Positions 9,781 through 20,671 are shown, counted from the first letter of the stretch. The stretch is 64,000 nucleotides of DNA from an uncultured Alphaproteobacteria bacterium (GCA_902629125.1 CACOPQ010000009.1:14-64013), one strand, 5' to 3'. A program made the numbers and translations. Notes: generated by a model not told the origin, from the sequence alone.

Positions 9781-11014
9781 ATGGTAGAGGAATCATTAAG
9801 CGCGGAGTTCAAAACAGGGATAGTTGGTTTCTGTCCGGCAAGGTTAGAGCGTATTTCTCCTTGGCTTAAAAGATATGTTGATGAAAAAAAACTACCATTT
9901 GCTCATGTAGCAGTTTTAAGAAAGGGTCAATTAGCTTACGCCGATTGCTACGGATATAGGGACGTTGAAGAGCGTTCCCCTGTCAAAGAGGATGGTATAT
10001 ATCGAATATATTCTATGACTAAACTCGTAACAACAGCGGCAGCTATGGCCTTGTATGAAAGAGGGGTGTTCCAATTAGACGATCCGATACATCACTTTGT
10101 CGATGAGTTTAAGGATGCCAGGGTTTTTATTTCCGGAAGAACGGGTTCGATCAGTAGTGTCAAACCTGAAACGCCCATTACGATACGTCAACTTATGAAC
10201 CATACCTCAGGCCTTACTTATGGTGCGTTTGATCCGGGGCCGGTTGGACAGTTAATGAGGAGTAGAAAAATAGATTTTGGAAACTTGCAAGCAAATTTGG
10301 GCGAAACTGTCCGTCGTCTGGCCTCAATACCCCTTTGCTTTCAACCTGGAAGCCAATGGCGTTATGGTGTCTCAACGGACGTATTGGGGTATATAATTGA
10401 AGTTGTAACCGGAAAAACACTTTTACAGGTGTTCGATGAACTTATATTTAAACCTCTCGATATGACAGATACATTCTTTCATGTACCCAAAAACAAGGTT
10501 GAAAAATTCTGTTCCTTGTACACGCGGACAAAAAGCGATTCACTGAAACTATTGGAATGTGCCAAAAGTAGCAGGTTTTGCAAACCTGTGAATATGTGTT
10601 CGGGTGGGGGGGGGTTAATTTCCTCAATGCGCGATTATCTAGTTTTCCTAGAAATGATTCGACGCGGTGGTCGTTACAATGATGTTCAAATATTGGGACG
10701 CAAAACTGTGGAGCTCATGCTGAGGAATCATTTGTCGGGTGACATGGCATCTATGGGACAACCAACTTTTAGCGAAATGCCTATGGAAGGGATAGGATTT
10801 GGTCTGGGGGGGGGCAATTCTTTTAGACACGGCCAAAGCACAAATATTGGGTTCTGAGGGAGAGTTCACATGGGGGGGTATGGCGAGCACCGCTTTCTGG
10901 ATTGACCCTGCAGAAGAACTTTCTGTTGTTTTTATGACTCAGTTGATACCTTCTTCATGTTATCCCATTAGACGGGAATTAAGAGTACTTGTATATCAAG
11001 CGCTTGTTGATTAA
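9781..11014 (+). pseudogene. serine hydrolase (beta-lactamase/PBP4*-like family), reading frame broken in a G9 homopolymer
   Basis: S-x-x-K motif YSMTK and an SGGGGL motif. ORF 9781..10857 and ORF 10799..11014 are two halves of one protein: ...EGIGFGLGG / [32 protein letters not shown]... The join lies in the G-run 10806..10814. Confidence 0.75.
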
Positions 11015-11062
11015 GGAATTTAAATAATCTAGGCAATAGCGGAGAAGTGTGGAGCCAATAAA

Positions 11063-12112
11063 ATGAAGTTTAAGCTACCAGAAAAAATACAAGGCCCTCA
11101 AGTTTGGTATGGCCAAGAAATAAAGTCATCCAACGAGTGGATTTATACTCTTACAAATCAAGAAATTAAAGAAATTGAGAGCGCACTTAAACTTGTTAAG
11201 AATACTGATGTTGCTGCAATAAAAAGAAATAATTTTCCCCTCGCGTCCCTCGAGAGCAAATTGCGTAAAATTAGTGATGATGTAATGGAAGGCCGAGGAT
11301 TTGCCTTGATCCGAGGGCTCCCAGTTGAACAGTGGTCAATAGAAGAGTCTGCAAAAGTATATTTTGGGATAGGGTCTTATTTTGGAAACGCCCGTTCCCA
11401 GAACGCAAGCGGGCATGTTTTGGGACACGTAAGAGATTTAGGGCGAGATGCAATTAATGACCCGTCAGCAAGGATATACCAAACTAGAGAAAGACAGACT
11501 TTTCATACAGACTCGTGTGATATGGTTACATTACTCTGCCTAAAGACTGCGAAATCTGGCGGGGAATCTGCTTTGGTAAGTTCTATGACAATCTACAATG
11601 AAATGTATGAGCAAAGCCCCGAGCTTCTAGAATTGCTATTTCAGCCCTTTGCCACAGACAGGCGAGGAGAAGTACCGGCTGGTAAATTACCTTATTTTAA
11701 AATACCGGTATTCAATTACTATGAGGGATATTTGTCTGCGATTTATGCGCGTCGATATATAAACTCTGCGCAACGTTTTGATGATGTTCCCGCGATAGAA
11801 GGTAAACGCCTCGAAGCTTTAGAGTTATTTGATACGTTGGCAAACGATCCGCGCTTAAACTTTAAAATGACTTTTAAACCAGGAGATATACAGCTGGTTC
11901 ATAATCATACTATGCTACATGACCGAACGGATTATATAGATTGGGAAGATGAAGCTAAAAAAAGGCACCTACTTAGGTTATGGCTTGCAATTCCTAATGC
12001 ACGTCCGCTTCCTCAAATATTTGAAGAAAGATATGGGAAAATAGATATTGGAGATCGAGGGGGGATTATTGTGCCCGGCTCAAAATTAAATGCACCGCTT
12101 GTTCCAGTCTAG
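11063..12112 (+). CDS. TauD/TfdA-family Fe(II)/2-oxoglutarate-dependent dioxygenase
   Basis: HxD iron ligands in FHTDSCD, a distal His in VHNHTMLHDR and RHLLRLW near the C-terminus. Confidence 0.8.
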   Translation: MKFKLPEKIQGPQVWYGQEIKSSNEWIYTLTNQEIKEIESALKLVKNTDVAAIKRNNFPLASLESKLRKISDDVMEGRGFALIRGLPVEQWSIEESAKVYFGIGSYFGNARSQNASGHVLGHVRDLGRDAINDPSARIYQTRERQTFHTDSCDMVTLLCLKTAKSGGESALVSSMTIYNEMYEQSPELLELLFQPFATDRRGEVPAGKLPYFKIPVFNYYEGYLSAIYARRYINSAQRFDDVPAIEGKRLEALELFDTLANDPRLNFKMTFKPGDIQLVHNHTMLHDRTDYIDWEDEAKKRHLLRLWLAIPNARPLPQIFEERYGKIDIGDRGGIIVPGSKLNAPLVPV

Positions 12113-12263
12113 GCAAAAAAACAGACATCTTTAAAAAACATAAATTTTCTTGTGCCAACAAAATTTGTCTAAAATGCGTATTTTCTCTTGTTACATCAGT
12201 GCCGTCGCGTTACTTAACGCGTAAAGACACAGTCGGTTTGAATACTTTACCAAGGTGGAAACG

Positions 12264-14033
12264 ATGCATCGTTATAGAACCCATAATTGCAATGAATTAA
12301 GGCCGGAAGATGTTGGCGAAACAGCACGATTATCGGGCTGGATACATCGAAGAAGAGATCATGGGCAACTTGTATTTTTAGATTTACGAGACCACTTCGG
12401 TATAACTCAATGCGTTGTAGACATTGAAGATAAGTCTTTTTCGGATGTGGAAAAAGTCAGGGTGGAAAGTGTGGTGACAATTACCGGCCAAGTTCTGCTT
12501 CGAGATGAAGAAACAATTAACCCCAAAATTCCTACGGGTCATATTGAGCTTCGTATAGATACATTTGAAATCCAGTCATCAGCCGATTTGGCTCCTCTTC
12601 AAGTTAACTCCGAAGAGGATGCGGGCGAAGACTTAAGATTGCGGTATCGATTTCTTGATCTTCGGCGAGAAAGAATACACAACAATATTATCCTTCGTTC
12701 AAATGTGATCTCTTCAATTAGGAGACGTATGATTGAACGTGGCTTCGTCGAATTTCAAACACCCATATTAACTGCTAGCTCTCCAGAGGGAGCAAGGGAT
12801 TTCCTGGTCCCTTCAAGATTGCACCCCGGTAAGTTTTATGCCCTGCCGCAAGCCCCTCAACAATTTAAACAGCTTGTCATGATGTCGGGATTTGATCGAT
12901 ATTTCCAAATTGCGCCCTGCTTTCGCGATGAGGATAGTCGAGCGGATAGATCCCCTGGAGAATTCTACCAATTAGATCTGGAAATGAGTTTTGTTGAGCA
13001 AGAGGACGTGTTCTCTGAAATTGAACCTGTATTGGCGGGCGTTTTTGAAGAATTTACAACCTGGTCTGTGCCTCAACCTTTCCCGAGGATACCGTTTTCA
13101 GAGGCCATGTTGAAATACGGAACAGATAAACCGGACTTACGCATCCCTATTGAAATTTGCGACGTGTCTGATCTCTTTGAGAAGAGCGAATTTGCAATTT
13201 TTGCTAAAACTGTTGCTGATGGTGGGGTGGTTCGCGCATTGCCCGGCCCAAAATGTGGGAGCAGAGCAATCTGCGACCGTATGAATTCCTGGGCTCAGAG
13301 CGAAGGGGCGCCGGGAATGGGATATATTATCCTTGCAGATGGTGAGGGGAGAGGACCTATCGCCTCCAGGATATCGAAGAATGTATTAGAGGCGCTCAAA
13401 AGTCGCACTGGCATGGGGGATGGTGATGCAATTTTCTTTTCGGCTGGGAAGGAGGCTGAGGCTGCCAAATTAGCTGGAAACGCCCGCCTAAAGTTAGGAG
13501 CTGACCAGGAGCTTATAGAACAAAATATTTATAGATTTTGCTGGGTCGTTGATTTCCCAATGTTCGAAAAAGATGAGGTCACTGGGAAAATAGAATTTTC
13601 ACACAATCCATTCTCTATGCCTCAAGGTGGATTAGAGGCGCTATTAACAAAAGATCCGCTGGATATTTTAGCTTTTCAGTATGATATCGTCTGCAATGGT
13701 ATAGAATTATCTTCAGGTGCGATACGAAATCATTTGCCAAATGTAATGATAAAAGCATTTTCTATTGCAGGCTACAGCAAAGAGGAGGTGGAGGAAAGGT
13801 TTAGTGGCATGCTGAACGCCTTTCGTTATGGAGCCCCCCCCCACGGCGGATTTGCACCCGGAATAGATCGTATTGTCATGTTAATCGCCAATGAACCTAA
13901 CATTCGGGAAGTTATTTTATTCCCTATGAACCAAAAAGCAGAGGATTTGATGATGAATGCTCCCAGCGAGGTCAGTATGCAGCAACTCAGGGAGTTGAAT
14001 ATTAAGAGTAATTTGCCCCCCAAAGTAGATTGA
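12264..14033 (+). CDS. aspS: aspartate--tRNA ligase
   Basis: Class II aaRS motifs ([19 protein letters not shown]) with an OB-fold N-terminus. I prefer the ATG at 12264 (MHRYRTHNC...) over the track GTG at 12255. Confidence 0.95.
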   Translation: MHRYRTHNCNELRPEDVGETARLSGWIHRRRDHGQLVFLDLRDHFGITQCVVDIEDKSFSDVEKVRVESVVTITGQVLLRDEETINPKIPTGHIELRIDTFEIQSSADLAPLQVNSEEDAGEDLRLRYRFLDLRRERIHNNIILRSNVISSIRRRMIERGFVEFQTPILTASSPEGARDFLVPSRLHPGKFYALPQAPQQFKQLVMMSGFDRYFQIAPCFRDEDSRADRSPGEFYQLDLEMSFVEQEDVFSEIEPVLAGVFEEFTTWSVPQPFPRIPFSEAMLKYGTDKPDLRIPIEICDVSDLFEKSEFAIFAKTVADGGVVRALPGPKCGSRAICDRMNSWAQSEGAPGMGYIILADGEGRGPIASRISKNVLEALKSRTGMGDGDAIFFSAGKEAEAAKLAGNARLKLGADQELIEQNIYRFCWVVDFPMFEKDEVTGKIEFSHNPFSMPQGGLEALLTKDPLDILAFQYDIVCNGIELSSGAIRNHLPNVMIKAFSIAGYSKEEVEERFSGMLNAFRYGAPPHGGFAPGIDRIVMLIANEPNIREVILFPMNQKAEDLMMNAPSEVSMQQLRELNIKSNLPPKVD

Positions 14034-14084
14034 TTATCGGAGATCTTGAGGTTTAAAAAGAGTATTTTTTGAAAACCTTACAAT

Positions 14085-14110
14085 AAAAAAAGGGGCTCAA
14101 AGAGAGCCCC
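14085..14110 (-). terminator. intrinsic terminator downstream of gdhA
   Basis: On the minus strand: GGGGCTC-TCTTT-GAGCCCC followed by T7. On the plus strand this is stem 14092..14098 / 14104..14110 with A-run 14085..14091. It lies 22 nt after the gdhA stop. Confidence 0.75.
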
Positions 14111-14132
14111 CCTTAGAAGCAAGAAATAGAGA

Positions 14133-15485
14133 TCAAACAACACCAAACGCCATCATGGCATCTGCAACTTTTTTAAAGCCGGCTATATTTGATCCAGCCA
14201 TATAATTACACCACCCATCTTTTTGCATTCCGGCTTCGTTGCAATTCTTATGTATGCCGATCATCAAATCGCGTAGCATTTTACTTAATTCCTCATTACT
14301 CCAAGATCTTCGTTCTGAGTTCTGACTCATTTCTAAACCTGACATACCAACGCCGCCGGCGTTTGCTGCTTTAGCTGGGGCAAATAATATTTTTGCCGTT
14401 AAGAAGTGATGTATGCCTTCGATTACTGTTGGCATATTTGCACCCTCAGATACAGCTATTATGCCGTTAGATAACATTGTTTGTGCATCGTTTTCTAAAA
14501 TTTCATTTTGAGTCGCACATGGCATCGCCAGATCTGCCGTTACTCCCCAAGGACGCTTGCCGGCGTGATATTCAGCACCATTAAATTTGTCAGCATACTC
14601 GGAAATTCGTCCTCTTCTTACGTTCTTGAGTTCCATTACCCATTTCAATTTTTCTTCATCAATGCCGTCTTTGTCATAAATAAACCCGGCGGAGTCAGAT
14701 AACGTAAGCACTTTACCGCCGCGGTGATTGATTTTTTCTGCTGCAAAAGTCGCAACATTACCAGAACCGGATATTAGTACGCTTTTACCCTCGATGCCGT
14801 CGCCCTTCGTCTTGAGCATTTCCTCAAGGAAATAGGCTGCTCCGTACCCCGTAGCTTCAGGACGCATCTCACTTCCGCCATATTCTATTCCTTTGCCGGT
14901 AAGAACACCGGTAAAATGGTTTGTTATCCTCTTGTACTGACCGAACATATAGCCAATTTCTCTCGCGCCAACACCGATGTCACCGGCAGGGACGTCGACG
15001 TCAGCCCCGATGTGACGATAGAGTTCGGTCATAAATGATTGACAGAAACGCATGACCTCATTCTCTGATTTACCTTTCGGATTGAAGTTGGCTCCTCCTT
15101 TGCCTCCACCCATTGGGAGGCCTGTTAGTGAATTTTTGAACGTTTGCTCAAAAGCAAGAAATTTTAAAATAGATTGATTAACAGATGGATGAAACCGGAT
15201 ACCGCCTTTGTAGGGCCCAATGGCGTTGTTATTTTGTATTCTATATCCGCGATTCACTCGGATATTACCGTCATCGTCCTCCCAACATACCCTAAAGGAT
15301 ATAACGCGGTCGGGCTCAGCCATTCTCTCTAAAACTTGAGCTTCCATATACTCGGGGTAATCTTGCAACCAAGGGATAATATCAGCCGCTATTTCGCGCA
15401 CAGCTTGGTGAAATTCTACCTCACCAGGATTATGCGATATGACACCTTCCATAAAAGTTTCTAAATTGGTTGATCGTTTGGACAT
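14133..15485 (-). CDS. gdhA: NADP-specific glutamate dehydrogenase
   Basis: GPYKGGIRFHP and PMGGGKGG motifs in a full-length 450-aa hexameric-type GDH. Confidence 0.95.
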   Translation of the reverse strand: MSKRSTNLETFMEGVISHNPGEVEFHQAVREIAADIIPWLQDYPEYMEAQVLERMAEPDRVISFRVCWEDDDGNIRVNRGYRIQNNNAIGPYKGGIRFHPSVNQSILKFLAFEQTFKNSLTGLPMGGGKGGANFNPKGKSENEVMRFCQSFMTELYRHIGADVDVPAGDIGVGAREIGYMFGQYKRITNHFTGVLTGKGIEYGGSEMRPEATGYGAAYFLEEMLKTKGDGIEGKSVLISGSGNVATFAAEKINHRGGKVLTLSDSAGFIYDKDGIDEEKLKWVMELKNVRRGRISEYADKFNGAEYHAGKRPWGVTADLAMPCATQNEILENDAQTMLSNGIIAVSEGANMPTVIEGIHHFLTAKILFAPAKAANAGGVGMSGLEMSQNSERRSWSNEELSKMLRDLMIGIHKNCNEAGMQKDGWCNYMAGSNIAGFKKVADAMMAFGVV

Positions 15486-15586
15486 GAAAGAACTCCCCTG
15501 AGATTATTTTTATATCGCTTAGATTACGTAATCCTTTAGTTAACCACTAAGCGAAGCAATATCGCAATAGATGTGGAAACTTTTTG

Positions 15587-17266
15587 TCAGAAACCTAGTG
15601 CTAAACAGGGGCGTCTGGGATCGGCGGCTCCAGATAATAGCCTTGGGTTAGATTGATCCAAAATTGCACACACTGCACCTGCTTTCCAAGTATGGTGAGG
15701 CCAAGGCTCAACAATGTGGCCATAATTCACTAAAGTTTCTCTCACGTCTTCATTAACTCCTTCCTCTATTTTCAATAATCTTCTTTGATATTGGTGTGGC
15801 TCAAAACTGTCTGGAGCGTCATAACTTGCAAAACGGGGTAACTCCACCGCCTCTTGTAGGGGTAGATTGAAATCTACAATGTTTAAAAGAACCTGCAACA
15901 TCGCTTGCGTTTGTACGTCGGCACCAGGGGTACCAAAAGGCATAACGGAACTATCCCTTAATACAGCAATTGCGGGATTGGGGGTAAGCCGTGGCCGTTT
16001 CCATGGGAAAACACTGGATGGGTGGTTTCGAATGGCCCACGACTGTGACCCTCGAGAGGACGGGTTAATCCCCCAACCGGGTAGCACAGGGGTATTTGCG
16101 GAACCATCACTTGGAGTTATAGAAGCGACCAAACCATCCTTATCAACGGCACACATGTATGAAGTATCTAGGGAAAAATTATTTGTCTCACCGAATGCGG
16201 TGTCATTCCCCCATAAATATTCTTCAGACAAAATGGATTTATCCTTTATCATAGAGTAGCGCTCTTCCCCATAGTCCTTGGACAATAGTTTTTGTAATGG
16301 AACGTCTACAAACTCTGGATCACCTAAATAGTGCTCTCTGTCTGCCAGCGCGAGCTTAATCACTTCTGTAATAATATGAATATAGTCAGCAGTGTTGTGT
16401 CCTAAATCCTTCAAGTCCGAATTTTTTAAAAGACTCCACATTTGTGCCAAACTAACACCTTGGCACCACGGTCCACATGTAAACAGCGTAGTGCCTTGGC
16501 GGGTCACCGCGATGGGCGGCTCGATAGTAACTCTGAAGCGCTCTAAATCCGTCAGGGTTATCCATCCGCCGTTTTCCTTATGGAACTTTGAAATAGCGTG
16601 CGCAATGTCGCCTCTATAGAAGGCCTGTCTGGCTGCGTCAATTTTAGTCTCTCGAGAACCTGTTGATGCGCTTTCCTGATCAGCCATATACTTTAATGTT
16701 TTGGCTAAATCTGCTTGCACAAACAAATCTCCAACTTTTGGAGGACGGTTATTGGGAAGGTAAATTTCTCGATTTGATGACCATTTCCGATATTGGGCTT
16801 CGTTATCTTTAATGGTTTGCGCCATCAGCTTATGCATTATGAAGCCTTTTTCCGCTGCATTTATAGCGCCACTTGCAATTTCCTTAAATGACATAGTTCC
16901 GAAATGCTCTAATGCAGTAAGAAATGCATCTGGAGCTGCGGGGATGATTGCTCTAAGTATACCTTCTGGCACATGGCAACCGAACTCATTAATGAAACGA
17001 TCTATATTTGCTGCCATGGGCCAACGCCCGACGCCACTAACAGTTATAACTTTCTTAGTCTTTGGGAAACGGATCATGATGGGAGCGACCCCCGCAAAGT
17101 TTACTAGATCACTTTGAACAACGCCTAGAACCATTGCTCCCGCTATAGCTGCATCTACTGCATTCCCTCCAGCTTCCAGAATTGAAATACATGTCTGTGT
17201 GGCGAGTGGGTGACCACCGGATGCCATATATTCGTGACCTTGTGCCATAAGACGTGTTTTATTCAT
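15587..17266 (-). CDS. ggt: gamma-glutamyltransferase family protein
   Basis: Ntn-hydrolase autoprocessing-site region LDTSYMCAVDKDG, GGNAVDAA near the N-terminus, and typical length. Confidence 0.8.
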   Translation of the reverse strand: MNKTRLMAQGHEYMASGGHPLATQTCISILEAGGNAVDAAIAGAMVLGVVQSDLVNFAGVAPIMIRFPKTKKVITVSGVGRWPMAANIDRFINEFGCHVPEGILRAIIPAAPDAFLTALEHFGTMSFKEIASGAINAAEKGFIMHKLMAQTIKDNEAQYRKWSSNREIYLPNNRPPKVGDLFVQADLAKTLKYMADQESASTGSRETKIDAARQAFYRGDIAHAISKFHKENGGWITLTDLERFRVTIEPPIAVTRQGTTLFTCGPWCQGVSLAQMWSLLKNSDLKDLGHNTADYIHIITEVIKLALADREHYLGDPEFVDVPLQKLLSKDYGEERYSMIKDKSILSEEYLWGNDTAFGETNNFSLDTSYMCAVDKDGLVASITPSDGSANTPVLPGWGINPSSRGSQSWAIRNHPSSVFPWKRPRLTPNPAIAVLRDSSVMPFGTPGADVQTQAMLQVLLNIVDFNLPLQEAVELPRFASYDAPDSFEPHQYQRRLLKIEEGVNEDVRETLVNYGHIVEPWPHHTWKAGAVCAILDQSNPRLLSGAADPRRPCLALGF

Positions 17267-17365
17267 ATCGTGATCCCATGAAAGTGTTTAGTGCTTGGAA
17301 ATTTTGATTACTAGGTCCATTGTAGAACAAAGATAAAGCAGTTAGTGCTAGAAATGAAAGTTTAG

Positions 17366-17539
17366 ATGATGGAAAAACGCGATATTCCGGAAGAAATAGC
17401 AGCTCTGATAGATCCAAAAAAAGCCGATGAAGCCGCAAAAAAGGCATCTGATATGGCAAGTAAGCTTGACCGAAATAACAGCTGGTCGCAAGAGCCCTCT
17501 CATGTTTTTAGAGCAATAACATGGGCAGTAAAGTCATGA
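17366..17539 (+). CDS. candidate small ORF (57 aa), possible GatC/AtzG-like partner of the downstream amidase
   Basis: Hand-translated: MMEKRDIPEEIAALIDPKKADEAAKKASDMASKLDRNNSWSQEPSHVFRAITWAVKS. The stop TGA (17537..17539) overlaps the ATG at 17536 of the amidase frame. The ORF is below the 60-aa cut-off of the track and has a weak SD. Confidence 0.4.
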   Translation: MMEKRDIPEEIAALIDPKKADEAAKKASDMASKLDRNNSWSQEPSHVFRAITWAVKS

Positions 17540-18945
17540 CAGAATTACATTGGTTGAGTGCTCTAGAGGCCGTAAAACTTATAAAAAATAAAAAGCTGTC
17601 CCCAGTCGAACTAACTGATGCGCTAATAAAGCGAATAGATAAATATGACAAACACTTTAACACGTTTATAAGTTTTAGGCCTGAGCAAGCGCTGAAAGAG
17701 GCGAGGGTGGCAGAAGAAAGAGTTATGAAAGGAGATACGTTGGGGCCCCTGCACGGTATTCCCTTTGGCTTGAAAGACATCATAGATGCAAAGGGATGGA
17801 ATACAACAGCACACTCCGCCCTTTTGACAGATAATGTGGCTGAAAAAGATGCTTTTGTGACCGCAAAACTTAAGGAGTCAGGAGCGATACTTTTAGGTAA
17901 GCTTTCCACCCATGAGTTTGCATTAGGGGGTCCTTCTTTCGACTTACCTTGGCCGCCAGCACGCAATGCTTGGAACAGAAAGTATTTTCCTGGCGGTTCT
18001 TCCAGTGGCTCGGGTGCAGCAGTAGCGGCTGGTTTCCTTCCTTTAGCCTTAGGATCTGATACAGGAGGGTCTGTACGTAATCCAGCATCTATGAATGGAC
18101 TGCTTGGTATAAAGGCAACCTATGGTCGCGTTAGTCGCTCAGGGGTAATTCCATTATCTTTTTCATTAGATCATGTAGGACCTTTAACTCGAACAACGTC
18201 TGATAATGCTCTTGCACTTTCAGTTATATCCGGATGGGATAAAAACGATCCCGCTAGTGCAGATGTTAAAGTTCCAAATTTTAGTGAGGACTTAGATAGA
18301 GGTGTTTCCGGGTTGAAAATAGGGATCATTAGGCACTTTTATAATAAAGATTTGATCGCATGCGATGAGATGGTAAATGCTTTGGAAGCGGCAATAACCA
18401 AATTAGAGAAGTCTGGCGCAGTTGTGAAAGAAGTATCGACGCGTCCTTTGCAGGAGTTTGCGGCCTGCAACAGGGTCATCTTGTTATCGGAGGCATGCGC
18501 TATTCACAAAGACTGGCTGAAATCTAGGCCGGAGGATTATGGCGAGTCGCTTTTAAGTAGGTTGCTGCCTGGTACAGCATTGACGGCAATTGATTACGTC
18601 GAAGCAATTCGTACAAGGGCAAGATACACACAAGAGTTCAATGAAATCTTTCATGATTTTGACGCGATCATAACTATAAATAATATGGAGGCCGCGTTTC
18701 CAATAGAGGATTCGGCTTTGTGCGAAAAAATTTATCCAAGGCAAGCAAGAACACCATTTAATGTAACGGGGAACCCCGCTTTGGCTGTGCCTATCGGGTT
18801 CAATAGAGAAGGCTTACCCTTGTCGATGCAGGTGATAACGCCTCAATTTGATGAAACAATGGCTTATCGTATAGCGGCAAGTTTTGAAAGCAATACAGAA
18901 TGGACTAAGCATCATCCAGATTTGGATGAGACATCTATCTATTAA
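17536..18945 (+). CDS. amidase-signature family amidase (GatA/AtzE-like)
   Basis: GIPFGLKDII (catalytic Lys) and signature GGSSSGSGAAVAAG. An alternative in-frame ATG at 17521 is used by the ORF track. Confidence 0.85.
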   Translation: MTELHWLSALEAVKLIKNKKLSPVELTDALIKRIDKYDKHFNTFISFRPEQALKEARVAEERVMKGDTLGPLHGIPFGLKDIIDAKGWNTTAHSALLTDNVAEKDAFVTAKLKESGAILLGKLSTHEFALGGPSFDLPWPPARNAWNRKYFPGGSSSGSGAAVAAGFLPLALGSDTGGSVRNPASMNGLLGIKATYGRVSRSGVIPLSFSLDHVGPLTRTTSDNALALSVISGWDKNDPASADVKVPNFSEDLDRGVSGLKIGIIRHFYNKDLIACDEMVNALEAAITKLEKSGAVVKEVSTRPLQEFAACNRVILLSEACAIHKDWLKSRPEDYGESLLSRLLPGTALTAIDYVEAIRTRARYTQEFNEIFHDFDAIITINNMEAAFPIEDSALCEKIYPRQARTPFNVTGNPALAVPIGFNREGLPLSMQVITPQFDETMAYRIAASFESNTEWTKHHPDLDETSIY

Positions 18946-19136
18946 TCCTTAAACACAGTTTTGTCATACTATTCATAACCGATTCGGTGATAGTACTAGA
19001 CTTTCAATGCCAGTAAATTAGAAGGAAAGCCAAAGCATCACTAGAACCATTTAAGCCGCTTGAAGAAACAATTGATGTCGGTAATCTTGTAGCCGTGGAT
19101 TAATAGGTTGATGGTAGGAGAAGCCAGTTCGGCGGC

Positions 19137-19625
19137 ATGATAGATAATAGATTAATGGATAGAATCCCTCTTAAGGCTGAAAAAGATACACATAGAATCG
19201 CATCACTGCTCTCAGCTGAAGTAGAAACGGGCGATGTGATTTGTTTAAATGGAGATTTAGGAGTAGGCAAAACTAGTTTTGCGAGAGCTTTTATACGAGC
19301 TTTAACTTCCGATGATGAGACAGTTCCCAGCCCAACTTACACACTTATTCAAAATTATCATGCGAAAAGGTCTGACATTAGTTTAGACATTTTTCACGTC
19401 GATTTATATCGTCTTTCGTGCCACTCGGAAATTGAGGAGCTTGGATTAAAAGAAGCCTTCGGCGCAGGTATTTCTTTGATAGAATGGCCCGAATTGGCTA
19501 TGCCTTTCTTGCCCCAAGACAGGCTAGAAGTTTATCTACAATTTGGTAAAAGCGTAAACGAACGTTATATGGATTTGTTCGGATCAAGTCGTTGGTTGTC
19601 GCTCGCGCACTCCATTGAAGGCTAG
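19137..19625 (+). CDS. tsaE: tRNA t6A37 biosynthesis ATPase TsaE
   Basis: P-loop GDLGVGKTSFARAFIRAL, SPTYTL and HVDLYRL motifs of the YjeE family. Confidence 0.85.
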   Translation: MIDNRLMDRIPLKAEKDTHRIASLLSAEVETGDVICLNGDLGVGKTSFARAFIRALTSDDETVPSPTYTLIQNYHAKRSDISLDIFHVDLYRLSCHSEIEELGLKEAFGAGISLIEWPELAMPFLPQDRLEVYLQFGKSVNERYMDLFGSSRWLSLAHSIEG

Positions 19626-20671
19626 TGAATATGATAGGCAAAGTAAATTCAAATCAAGATAGTCGGCAGTTGCTCCTAATTGAATTTCTTAAACACTCTG
19701 GGATAAGCCATCTCAAAGTACTTCCTTTGGCAGATGATTGCTCTTTCCGAAAGTATTACAGGGTGCAAACCAAAAAGAGTAATTTAGTTGTAATGGATGC
19801 CCCTCCGGACAAGGAGGAAGTGAAGCCATTTATTCAAATTTCGGATCTGTTGAATGCGTTAGGGTTTAGTGCTCCAAAAATTTTGGACAAAGATGTCCGA
19901 AACGGGTTTCTGCTGCTTGAGGATTTTGGGAATGAAACGTATACCAAGGCTCTTTCTAATAGCTATAGAGAAAACAATCTTTATGAAAATGCTATAGATG
20001 TTTTGATAGAGATACATAATTTAAAGAACCTCGAAGAGAGGGTAAACTTACCTTTTTACGATCAAAAAAAGCTACAAAATGAATTATCATTATTTATACA
20101 CTGGTATTTAGAAGGACGGTTGCGATTAGCTATTTCAGAAAAAGAAAAAAAACTTTTTTTTAAGGCTTGGAGACAGTGCTTTACGCATATTGAAACTAGT
20201 AGATCAGTATTGGTACTCCGCGACTACCACGTAGATAATCTTATGGTCCTTGCTGAAAGGGATGGTGTCCGTCGTTGCGGCCTTCTAGACTTTCAGGACG
20301 CCGTTGTAGGGCCAGCTAGTTACGATTTAGTTTCCTTGTTGCAAGACTCACGACGCGACATAGGTGACGGAATCACTTCCTTAATGCTCGATAGATATTT
20401 TGATGGGGTTGAGGGGGTGGATAATAGAAATAATTTTATGACGTCTTATTATATCTTGGGAACACAGCGTGCTCTCAAAGTCTTTGGTATTTTTACACGG
20501 CAAGATATTCTTTATCGAAACAGCAAATATCTTTTCCATATACCAAGACTATGGAGGTATACACTAGCCAACTTACAATTTGAAGCATTAGGCGAAATCC
20601 GCGCATGGCTAGATAAAAATGTTCCCCAAGGTTTTATTGAAAATGAGATAACAATGAACGACAACGCCTAA
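19625..20671 (+). CDS. amgK: aminoglycoside-phosphotransferase-fold kinase, AmgK-like (anomeric MurNAc/GlcNAc kinase)
   Basis: Kinase motifs LRDYHVDNLM and LLDFQDA, with position between tsaE and a MurU-like gene. The ATG at 19631 is an alternative start. Confidence 0.65.
   Translation: MNMIGKVNSNQDSRQLLLIEFLKHSGISHLKVLPLADDCSFRKYYRVQTKKSNLVVMDAPPDKEEVKPFIQISDLLNALGFSAPKILDKDVRNGFLLLEDFGNETYTKALSNSYRENNLYENAIDVLIEIHNLKNLEERVNLPFYDQKKLQNELSLFIHWYLEGRLRLAISEKEKKLFFKAWRQCFTHIETSRSVLVLRDYHVDNLMVLAERDGVRRCGLLDFQDAVVGPASYDLVSLLQDSRRDIGDGITSLMLDRYFDGVEGVDNRNNFMTSYYILGTQRALKVFGIFTRQDILYRNSKYLFHIPRLWRYTLANLQFEALGEIRAWLDKNVPQGFIENEITMNDNA

Noticed and set aside
12206-12221. Palindrome CGCGTTA-CT-TAACGCG, 43 nt upstream of the aspS ATG; possible operator.
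   Set aside because: A 7+7 inverted repeat with a short spacer is expected several times by chance in 64 kb, and no second copy or known motif was recognised.
17259-17459. 66-aa minus-strand ORF in the ggt-amidase intergenic region.
   Set aside because: It overlaps the ggt start, has no SD, and has F/L/S-rich composition. The plus-strand 57-codon ORF with an ATGA junction to the amidase explains the open frame in this region better.
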